A model generated the notes under the pieces. It was not told the origin of the DNA and made no database searches. It saw only the letters and a list, made by a program, of their open reading frames with translations. The position numbers and the translations under genes were made by a program. From NCBI RefSeq assembly GCF_009914755.1, contig NC_060925.1: DNA of 64,000 nt, one strand, 5' to 3'. Below, piece by piece: positions 52,300 to 64,000 of the stretch. Within the stretch, counting starts at the first letter, position 1. Every line of letters starts with the position of its first letter. Source of the DNA: the human T2T-CHM13v2.0 reference genome, Homo sapiens.

Positions 52300-52685
52300 G
52301 ATTCTTCTCTTTATTTTTGGTTTTCAACTGTTTGACTGTGATCTCTAGTTGTGGATCTCATGTTTATTCTATGTGGTGTTTCTTGGCCTTCTTAGATATG
52401 TGAATTAATGTTTTCTTCACATTTAGTTTTTAGTCATTATATTCTCAAATATTCTTTTGCTCCTCTCTTTGTCTTTTCTCCTTCAGATATATTCATTATG
52501 TTGCCATGCTTAATGGTGTACAACATGTCTCTGAGACACTGTTTATTTTTTTCCTGTTCTTCAGATTGAAAATCTCTTTTGATGTGTCTTTAAATGTGCT
52601 GATTTTTTTCTTCTGCTAGCTTAAGTTTGCTATTTAGCCACTGGAGTGAATTATTTTTATTTTCATTATGATACTTTTAACTATC
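52300..52685 (-). mobile_element. ancient L1M ORF1-region fragment
   Basis: TTTTTAGTCATTATATTCTCAAATATTCTTTTGCTCC, antisense of an ORF1 motif. Confidence 0.6.
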
Positions 52686-52686
52686 A

Positions 52687-52718
<32 letters not shown>

Positions 52719-53015
52719 TTATTTATATAAAGATATATTTATATATGCATATGTAAATATATTCATAATATATATTATATTTTATATTTTAATATATAAT
52801 ATATAATTTTATATATAAATATAAAAATAAATATTTTAATTTTTTTTTTTAACTTTTAAGTTCAGGGGTACAAATCCAGTTTTGTGACATTGGTAAACTT
52901 GTCATGGAGGTTTGTTGTGCAGATTATTTCATCACCCGGGTATTAAGCCTGGTACCCATTAGTTATTTTTCCTGATCCTCTCCCTCCTCACATGCTCCAA
53001 CCTCTGAAGGGTCAC
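52687..53015 (-). mobile_element. AT/TG simple repeat (52687-52838) followed by a short L1PA 3' end (52839-53015)
   Basis: T-run then AACTTTTAAGTTCAGGGGTACA..CAGATTATTTCATCACCC. Confidence 0.85.
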
Positions 53016-53911
53016 AGTTTTTGTGTTTTACTGAAGTGTAATGTATAGAAAAACAGATTCATTTTAACAGTCAGAGTTAGAGTGGTAACAATGCGCTCAC
53101 CCTGTACTAATTAGAAATAAGGGACAGTTTATCTAAAAGATGGGAGAAGCAGCATAATGTGATAAAGAGGAGAAAGTAAAAAAATAAATATTATTTTCAA
53201 AAGAATTGGATGTACTATAATGTTATGATATATCAGAGAAAAGCTAAAAAGTGTGAGAAATTTGTCTTCAAGTAGATATGACAGGGTAACTATCAGGAAG
53301 TCAAAGTACTATGAATAAAATTCAAAGTTTAAAGGAAGAATCTGGAAAGAGGCCAGTAATAAATGTAGACCGAGAGTAAATAGATTCCTGTCTCAAAGAA
53401 TATGGGAAGATACAAGCCAATTGTGAAAGAACTACTGAAGGAGTTTTGTGTTTTTATATAAGTATTACTGTAAGTTATAAAGATGTGAGTGTGAAATACT
53501 ATTAAGAAAGAAAATAATGAAAATTGTGGTTGTTTAAAATGAGAACCCAGGTGCAGGAATAACTAAAGCAAAGGTGAGAGACAATTTTAGTTTTTATAAA
53601 AAAATAAAGGAAAAGCAGTGCAAGCTACTGTGCTTCGTTAAAATTGTTTAGAAAAGTAATTAAGAAATAAGGACAATTTTGACTGCTTATTAAACGAAAT
53701 GTTATGCAATGATCTTCAATATAAAAATGACTACGTCTGCATCAACCTAAATATTTTTATGTATATGAAAATGTATTTCTTGAAAATAAAAACCTGAGGC
53801 ATTCAAAATAATTTGGCCTGCAGTATTACGGTTTGTAATACTTTCCAAAGTGTACAATAATTGCTGAAAATTTTCTTCTATGTGTTACTGTTATGTAAAG
53901 GTGCATTGGCA

Positions 53912-56900
53912 TTCTTTCTTCCACTTGATCAATTCGGCTATTGATACTTGTGTATGCTCCATGAAGTTCTCGTGCAGTTTGTTTTTTTGTTTGTTTGTTT
54001 GTTTTCAGCTCCATCAGGTCATTTATGTTCTTCTCTAAACTGGATATTCTAGTTAACAATTCCTCTAACCTTTTTTCAAGGTTCTTAGCTTCTTTGCACT
54101 GGGTTAGAATATGCGCCTTTAGCTCTGAGGAGTTTGTTATTACCCACCTCTGAAGCCTACTTCTGTCAGTTCGTCAAATTCATTCTCCGTCCAGTTTTGT
54201 TCCCTTGCTGGCAAGGAATTGTGATACTTTGGAGAAGAGGTGTTCTGGTTTTTGTAATTTTCAGCCTTTTGTGCTGTTTTTTTCTCATCTTTGTGGATTT
54301 ATCTACCTTTGGTCTTTGATGTTGGTGACCTTCGGATGAGGTTATTGTGTGGACGTCCTTTTTGTTGATGTTGATGCTATCCCTTTCTGTTTGTTAGTTT
54401 TCCTTCTAACAGTGGGGTTCCTCTGCTGCAGATCTGCTGGAGTTTGCTGGTGGTCCACTCCAGACACTTTTTGCCTGGGTATCACCAGTGAGGCTGCAGA
54501 ACAGCAAGGATTGCTGCCTGTTCTATCCTCTGGAAGCTTCGTCCCAGAGGGGGACTTGCCAGATGCCAGCTGGAGCTCTCCTCTTTGAGGTGTCTCTCTA
54601 CCCTTGTAGGGAGGTATCTCCCAGTCAGGAGGCACAGGGGTCAGGGACCCCTTTGAGGAGGCAGATCAACTTACATAACTGAAATAAACCATGAAAACAA
54701 GATTAGAGAAAAAAGAATAAAAAGGAACAAACAAAGACTTCAAAAAATATGGGACTATGTGAAAAGACCAAACTTACTTTTGGTTGGTGTACCTAAAAGT
54801 GGTGGGGAGAATGGAACCAAGTTGGAAAACACTCTTCAGGATATTATCCAGGAGAACTTCCCCAAGCTAGAAAGACAGACCAACGTTCAAATTCAGGAAA
54901 TACAGAAAACACCACAAAGATACTCCTCAACTAGAGTGACCACAAGGCACATAATCGTCAGAATCACCAAGGTTGAAATGAAGTAAAAAATGTTAAGTGG
55001 AACCAGAGAGAAAGGTCGGGTTACCTACAAAGGGAAGCCCATCAGACTAACAGCAAATCTCTCTGCAGAAACCATACAAGCCAGAAGAGAGTGGGGACCA
55101 ATATTGAACATTCTTAAAGAAAAGAATTTTCAACCCAGAATTTCATATCCAGTCAAACTAAGCTTCATAAGCGAAGGAGAAATAAAATCCTTTACAGAGA
55201 AGCAAATACTGAGAAATTTTGTCACCACCAAGACTGCCTTACAAAAACTCCTGAAGGAAGCACTACATATGGAAAGGAATAACCGGTACCAGCCACTGCA
55301 AAACCATGCCAAATTATAAAGACCATCGACACTATGAAGAAACTGCATCAACTAACAAGCAAAATAACTAGCTAGCAGCAAAATGATAGGATCAAATTCA
55401 CACATAAAAATATTAACCTTAAATGTAAATGGGCTAAATGCCCCAATTAAAAGACACAGACTGGCAAATTGGATAGAGTCAAGACCCATCAGTGTGCTGT
55501 ATTCAGAAGACCCATCTGACATGCAAAGACACACATAGGCTCAAAATAAAGGGATGGAGAAATATTTACCAAGCAAATGGAAGGAAAACAAAGCAGGAAT
55601 TGCAATCCTGGTCTCTGATAAAACAGACTTCAAACCAACAAAGATCAAAAGAAACAAAGAAGGCCATTACATAATGGTAAAGGGATGAATGCAACAAGAA
55701 GAGCTAACTATCCTAAACATATTTGCAGCTAATGCAGGAGCATCCAGGTTCATAAAGCAAGTTCTTAGAGATCTACAAAGAGGCCTAGACTCCCACACAA
55801 TAATAGTGGGAGACTTTAACACCACACTCTCAATATCAGACAGATCAACAAGACAGAAAATTAACAAAGATATTCAGGACTTGAACTCAGCTCTGGACCA
55901 AGTGGACCTAATAGACATCTACAGAACTCTCCACCCCAAATCAACAGAATATACATTCTTCTCAGCACCACATCACACTTATCCTAAAATTGACCACATT
56001 ATTGGAAATAAAACACTCCTCAGCAAATGCAAAAGAATGGAAATCATAACAAACAGGCTCTCAGACCACAGTGCAATCAAATTAGAACTCAGGATTAAGA
56101 AACTCACTCAAAACCGCACAACTGCATGGAAACTGAACAACCTGCTGCTGAATGACTATGGGGTAAATAACGAAATGAAGGCAGAAATAAAGATGTTATT
56201 TGAAACCAATGAGAACAAAGACACAATGTGCCAGAATCTCTGGGACAAAGCTAAAGCAGTGTTTAGAAGGAAATTTATAGTACTAAATGCCCACAGGAGA
56301 AAGCGGGAAAAATCTAAAATCGACACCCTAACATCACAATTAAAGAACTAGAGAAGCAAGAGCAAACAAATTCAAAAGCTAGCAGAAGACAAGAAATAAT
56401 TAAGATCAGAGCAGAAACGAAGAAGATAGAGACACAAAAAATCCTTCAAAAAAATCAATGAATCCAGGAGGTGTTTTTTTGAAAAGATTAACAAAATTGA
56501 TAGATCACTAGCCAGACTAATAAAGAAGAAAAGAGGGAAGAATCAAATAGACACAATAAAATATGATAAAGGTGAGATCACCACTTATCTCACAGAAATA
56601 CAAACTACCATCAGAGAATACTATAAACACCTCTACACAAATAAATTAGAAAATCTAGAAGAAATGGATAAATTCCTGGACACATACACCCTCTCAGTAC
56701 TAAACCAGGAAGAAGTTGAATCCCTGAATAGACCAATGACAAGTTCTAAAATTGAGGCAATAATTAATAGCCTACGAACCAAAAAAAGCCCAGGATCAGC
56801 TGAATTCTACCAGAGTTACAAAATAAGAAGAGCTATTTATGACAAACTCACAGCCAATATCATACTGAATGGGCAAAATCTGGAAGCGTTCCCTTTGAAA

Positions 56901-58964
56901 ACCAGCACAAGAGAAGTATGCCCTCTCTCACCAATCCTATGCAACATAGTATTGGAAGTTCTTGCCAGGGCAATCAGGAGAGAGAATGAAATAAAGGGCA
57001 TTCAAATAGGAAGAGAGGAAGTGAAATTGTCTGTTTGCAGATGACATGATGGTATATTCAGAAAACCCCATTCTCTCAGCCCCAAATCTCCTTAAGCTGA
57101 TAAGCAACTTCAGCAAAGTCTCAGGATAAAAAAACAATGTGCAAAAATCACAAGCATTCCTATACACAAGTAATAGACAAACAGAGAGCCAAATCATGAG
57201 TGAACTCCCATTTAAAATTGCTACAATGAGAATAAAATCCCTGGGAATACAACTTACAAGGGATGTGAAGGACCTCTTCAAGGAGAACTACAAATCACTG
57301 CTCAAGGAAATGAGAGAGGACACAAACAAATGGAAAAACATTCCATGCTCATGGATAGAAAGAATCATTATCGTGAAAATGACCATACTGCCCAAAGTAA
57401 TTTATAGTTTCAATGCTATCCCCATCAAGCTACCATTGACTTTCTTCATAGAATTAGAAAAAACTACTTTAAATTTCATACGGAAACAAAAAGCCCGTAT
57501 AGCCAAACAATCCTAAACAAAAAGAACAAAGCTGGAGGCATCATGCTACCTGACTTCAAACTATGCTACAAGGCTACAGTAACCAAAACATCAGGTACTG
57601 GTACCAAAACAGATATATAGACCAATGCAACAGAACAGAGACCTCAGATGTAATGCCACACATCTACAACCAACTGATCTTTGACAAACCTGACAAAAAC
57701 AAGCAACGGGAAAAGGATTCCCTATTTAATAAATGGTGTTTGGAAAACTGGATAGCCATATGCAGAAAACTGAAACTGGATCCCTTCCTTACGCCTTATA
57801 CAAAAATTAACACAAGATGGCGTACATACTTAAATGTAAGACCTAAAACCATAAAAACCCTAGAAGAAAACCTAGGCAATACCATTCAGGACATAGGCAT
57901 GGGCAAAGACTTCATGTCTAAAACACCAAAAGTAATGGCAACAAAAGCCAAATTGACAAATGGGATCTAATTAAACTAAATTTTAGAGTTAATTGTTGTG
58001 CTTTCTGCACAGCAAAAGAAATTACCATTGGAGTGAACAGGCAACCTACAGAATGGGAGAAAATTTTTGCCATCTATCCATCTGACAAAGGGCTAATATC
58101 CAGAATCTACAAGGAAATTAAACAAACTTACAAGAAAAAAACAACCCCATCAAAAAGTGGGTGAAGTATATGAACAGACACTTCCCAAAAGAAGACATTT
58201 ATGCAGCCAATAAACATTAGTCATCACTGGTCATTACAGAAATGCAAATCAAAACCACAATGAGATACCATCTAACACCAGTTAGAATGGTGCTCATTAA
58301 AACTCAGGAAACAACAGATGCTGGAGAGGATGTGGAGAAATAGGAACACTTTTACACTGTTGGTGGGAGGGTAAATTAGTTCGACCATTGTGGAAGACAG
58401 TGTGGAAATTCCTTAAGTATCTAGAACTAGAAATACCATTTGACCCAGCAATCCCATTACTGGGTATATACCCAAGGGATTATACATCATTCTACTATAA
58501 AGACACATGCACATCTATGTTTATTGTAGCACTATTCACAATAGCAAAAACTTGGAACCAACCCAAATGCCTATCAATGCTTGACTGGATAAAGAAAATG
58601 TGGCGTAAAAAAGGATGAGTTCATGTCCTTTTCAGGGACATGGATGAAGCTGGAAACCATCATTCTCAGCAAACTAACACAGGAACAGAAAACCAAACAC
58701 TGCATGTTCTCACTCCTAAGTGGGAGTTGAACAATGAGAACACATGGACATAGGGAGGGGAACATCACACACCAGGGCTGGTCCAGGAATGGGGGGCTAG
58801 GGGAGTGATAGCATTAGGAGAAATACCTATTGTAGGTGACGGGTTGATGGGTGCAGCAAACCACCATGGCACGTGTATACCTATGTAACAAACCTTCACG
58901 TTCTGCACATGTATCCCGGAACTTAATGTATAATAAAAAAAGTAAATAAAAATTAAATTTTTAA
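53912..58964 (+). mobile_element. near-full-length L1PA7/8-like element with 5' inversion (53912-54664 antisense 5'UTR/ORF1 N-term; 54665-58964 sense ORF1, ORF2, 3'UTR); ORFs disrupted
   Basis: ORF1 (GKPIRLTANLSAETIQARREW), EN ([17 protein letters not shown]), RT and C-terminal remnants; 15-bp TSD AAAGGTGCATTGGCA at 53897-53911 and 58965-58979. Confidence 0.97.
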
Positions 58965-60328
58965 AAAGGTGCATTGGCAATTAAATAAAATTGTAGATAT
59001 TTATTTAGAGTCCACGAATATGCTCAAATTGTGTTCTATGACCTAGAAGTTTTAAATATCGTAGAGTGGACTTGTATTTTTTAAATTGTGATAGATAAGC
59101 AGGTAGGAGATTTCTGCCAAATCAAAATCATCCCATAGACCTATCTTCCCTTTGACATGTGCAAAGCTGAATTGCCAGATTTGGGTCTTGAACATTGAGA
59201 TGTATTCACATTTTCACCATCTCATTATTTTGACAGTGTGTCTGGGAGAGCTGAAATACAGCAGATGTTACAGGAGTTATAAATATTGGCAACATAAGCC
59301 TTCAAACACATAACTCCAGAAAATTTCCTTGGATCACAATAGTCTGAGAATTTCAGTCAGTTATGACTCATCAATTAGAGATTTGCTTTATAGGAAAACA
59401 AGCACCAGTATGATACTGCTATTTTGAGTGGATCTCATTGTAAGCCTATGACTACTCATAATTAAATACTTATGTATATGTATATACATACATCAAATGT
59501 ACATAAATATTTATGTATATGCACATATTAAATATGTATATGTATATACACATATAGATACATAATACACGTTTGTATGTAGCATATAAGCAAACTTAAC
59601 ACTGAATATTTAACTGCTATGAGAATAGTGCAGCTTTTCAGATTTCAGCTCTGTAATAACTGACATTTTTCATGCATTTTCTTTGCTGCAAACAATGCAA
59701 GACCTACTAAAATGGTAGGGCATTGAATTTCCTTTGGTTTCTGTCTCTTCCCCATGGATGCCTGCCTCCCATGTTTTTCCTGTTGCATCCTGACTGTTCT
59801 TAAAATACTGGGGTCTAGTGCCAGCTCCCTTGCCCATTTTTTTCCAAGACTTCTCTATCTAAGCAAGCCTTCTACAATCAGTTCACTCTTTGCCCAGATA
59901 CTCTTCTCTCCATGTCAGAACATGGAGATAGTGTGATGTGACTTTTTTAGCCTGGTAAGCCATCACCTATTTTGTGTACAAGTAACACATTCTCTGGGCT
60001 AAGTATCACAATTCTGATTGTGGGATAACACTGCATTCCCCTTCATTACATTTCTGACTTTACTTCTCCATTATAATTTATTTTAAATTTCTATGGGGTT
60101 AGTAAGCATCTCCTCCTTTGTGAAGTCTTTTCTCCACTTTCTACACTTCCTCAAGGGTAACAATGTTGGTTTCTCCTGTTTTGCAGCACACAACTTAGCA
60201 CCTTAGCATACTGCAGGGCGGTGGGTTTGCTCCTTAAATATCTGCTAAGTGAAGAGACAGAATCTAAATGAGTGACTAACACACTAAGAATTATTTTTTG
60301 AAAACTCTGAAGAAAACTTATGTAACTG

Positions 60329-60844
60329 TGTCAGGAGCTCCGCTGAGCTGAGGAGAGCTGAAATCTCAGATGCTCAAGTAGCCAATCAAAGCAACAAACC
60401 CAAAATAAAAGTAACAAACAGACCTTTAATTTCTGATTGAGATAGTATAAGCAGAAGGCTAATACCAGAGATTATGCTGAACCCCCAGCCCCACCCCTAT
60501 TCCATTTTCTCCCCAAGGACACCAGTTGAAGGTCAGGGGGCTCAGCACAGACACGGGGGTCATCTCAACGCCCAGGGAGCTCCCCCACAAAAAAAATCCT
60601 GCAGTTTTATGGACCTGGGACGGGATGAGAGAAAAGCAAAGGGCAAAGAGTAGAAAAGTACTGAGTTAGAGTGAGGAAAAGTATCTTCAACTTTTCCCCT
60701 TCCTTACTCGAATTTTATAAAAAGGTCTCTGGAGACCCCAAATAAAGATACCTAGGGCTGGAAGTGTCTGGGCTGAAAGTGCGAATATGTGTAAGGCAGA
60801 CACACAGAGGGGCTTGAGTGTTTGACTGCAGCTCCCCTTTGACA
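60329..60844. mobile_element. possible solo LTR of unknown family
   Basis: locally GC-richer ~515-bp block bounded by TGTCA...TGACA; no clean TSD. Confidence 0.4.
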
Positions 60845-61030
60845 CTGGAAGGTATCATCTGTTCACCGTGTCTGGTATGGGGATGTGAAGACGGGTTTTC
60901 CCCATCAGGCCTGTCAGTTAAATAAAGCCTTTGTAATTGTTTATGGCCAGACGTAAGAAATCATCTGTAGATTTTTTAACCAGGAGCCAGATTTCTCAAA
61001 CTTAACGTGAACTATGTAAAGTCTGCAAAT

Positions 61031-61719
<689 letters not shown>

Positions 61720-63239
61720 CCTACAAAGAATTATTTAGGAGCTGTTTGAGGATTTTCTTTGTTTTGTACTTGTTGAGTTTCACTAGACTTTATCCTCTCC
61801 TCTATGTAGAGAAAATTATAAAACACTGTGTTAACTATGAACATTTTTCTCTACAAATGTAGGATGAAGATATATATCTTTTAAAGAAACAATGCACATG
61901 ATTCTTTCTTATGAGATAGCATACAAATCTTTTAAGATTGGAAGCATCCAAATTATTTTATGACACTTTAAGGAAACAGGGAAAACCTTGTTTAATAGAA
62001 TTGCAACACTCAGTGTTCTGCAGCAAATTATTTTCTCTTTTAATGACATTTATTTTTACCAAAACACTAGCATGCTGTGTTTATCTAGACGTGACACCTC
62101 TTGTAACACTCTCTTCTCTTCAGTTTTTTAAAAAAACTTATATATATTTTTTTCTTTAAAAGTTGATTATATAGAAAAATTGCCTGAACATTAGAAGAAA
62201 GCAATTGATAGACATGTACTGCTTTAAATATTTTGAGAAGCATCTGGAATAAGTTCAGTCTTAGTCACTTTCTACACTTTTCTGACCTTCAAGATGAGGC
62301 TCAGTATATATCTAAGGAGTAGTCAAGAAGGAATAAATGAATAAATGAGTTCCCCCATTGTGCTGGTTTTGGTGCCCACCATAAATCTCTGCAGAGGATT
62401 ATTTTTCTTTGGCATCCATTGCTGTTATATGATTCCTCATGCTCTTCTCCCATTCTCTGCCCAGTTTATAGTTGTGGGTGAAATGTCCTGTGGGAAAAAA
62501 AAAGAAGGGAATCAGCAATTATGCAAAAAGCTACAATGTAGTACAAAGACTATTGCCACATAAGAGGAAACTATTATGTTTGTTAAAAATACAAAGAGAG
62601 GAAAATGGCTCTTAATTTGAGTCCCACATGTACCATTTCAGTTTTGTTACACTGAGAAAAAGAGATTTAAAAGTAAACTACATATATTTTTCTCGAACAT
62701 TTGTGAGCTGACTGAATAATAAAAACAAAACTCCTGATGAAGTCAGAATTATAATTACTAGCATATGGCATAAACACACTCTAAACCTCCGTTTTTCCAG
62801 ATTTATAATGGGAACAAAAAAAGTAACTGCATCATAAGGCACATTGTAACCACAGTAAATGTTTGCTATTATTAGCATTCAAAAATTCACATTTTTAACA
62901 AACCATCCTTGTAACATCCTCAGAGAAATAAATGTTCGAAGTGCATAAAATACATAAACAAACATACAAATATTCAATAGATGACTGAATCTACATAAAA
63001 TAAAAAATAGGTTTATTTTTGTTCTAAATGATTGCACATTTCTATGTATATAAAGAAAATACAACTTTTCTGAAGAAACCCTAAACTTAAAGAAAAATTG
63101 CCTTGTATGCAAAATAATTTGACTTTATTCTTTTATTTCAAATATGCATACTTTCTCATATATTACAAAAATGAAAATTTTTTGATTTCAGTGCTATTTT
63201 GGGAAAGTCTCAAAACTGTATCCTACTCTCTGCCTCAGA

Positions 63240-63546
<307 letters not shown>

Positions 63547-64000
63547 TCTGCCCCAGCTTTTAATAAAAATTCCACTTTTATAATTTCTATATGCAATGCA
63601 TTAATAGTATATGTGAGTCTCACTTTTTCCCAATTGATGATCAATAATCCTATTTGTCTATAATTGATTGTCAATCCCATTTCCTGAAGTAATCCTCTTA
63701 ACGTTGTTGTTAAATCTCCTTAGCCTTGCATCTCCAACATGCTTCCTTTATTTTTGCAAATAGTATTTATTATTTCAAAAAATATGAGGCCACTGGATAC
63801 ATCTTTCACTCAGTTTTCTCTTTCTCCCTCTTGCTTCATCTCTTCCATCTTAGACAGAAAAGTATCATTTCTCTCCTTTAGACTCTCTTCTCTAATGAGC
63901 TTGTTCTATTTTATTTACTTTCTCTGCAAATTCATTCCATGTCCTATACTCTCTGATTATGACTTATTCCACATATTTATCTCTTCCATAAACCCACAAC

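Noticed and set aside
54759-58618. L1 ORF1/ORF2 fragments as functional genes
   Set aside because: Multiple stops and frameshifts, an RT deletion and an inverted 5' end mean the element cannot retrotranspose.
63680-64000. Possible L2 or old L1 remnants (also ~1-460, 46430-46720, 47560-47670, 50300-51130)
   Set aside because: Too degraded to assign a family or boundaries by eye.

Overview
AT-rich, CpG-poor primate (human-like) genomic DNA that looks like a gene desert or a very long intron. Most of the window is interspersed repeats: Alu, L1 of many ages, two full-length THE1 MaLR proviruses, MST/MLT solo LTRs, an ERVL remnant, an ERV1 env-LTR piece, MADE1, MER58, MIR/L2 and AT-rich simple repeats. 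I find no credible host protein-coding exon or RNA gene. Every long ORF in the track comes from L1, THE1, Alu, ERV env or low-complexity DNA. I did not find a convincing new biological system. The most notable structures are: (1) an ERV1 env-LTR segment with the signature of an L1-retrotransposed processed mRNA (13-bp TSD, no U5, 5' truncation); (2) four L1 copies with 5' inversions consistent with twin priming; (3) several templated or fold-back micro-insertions, including a 33-bp sequence copied 2 kb away into an AT microsatellite; (4) intact DUX4-type motifs in THE1 LTRs; and (5) a recursive-splice-like YAG|GTGAG site. Subfamily names come from recalled consensus sequences, not a database search. 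Boundaries of old repeats are approximate.
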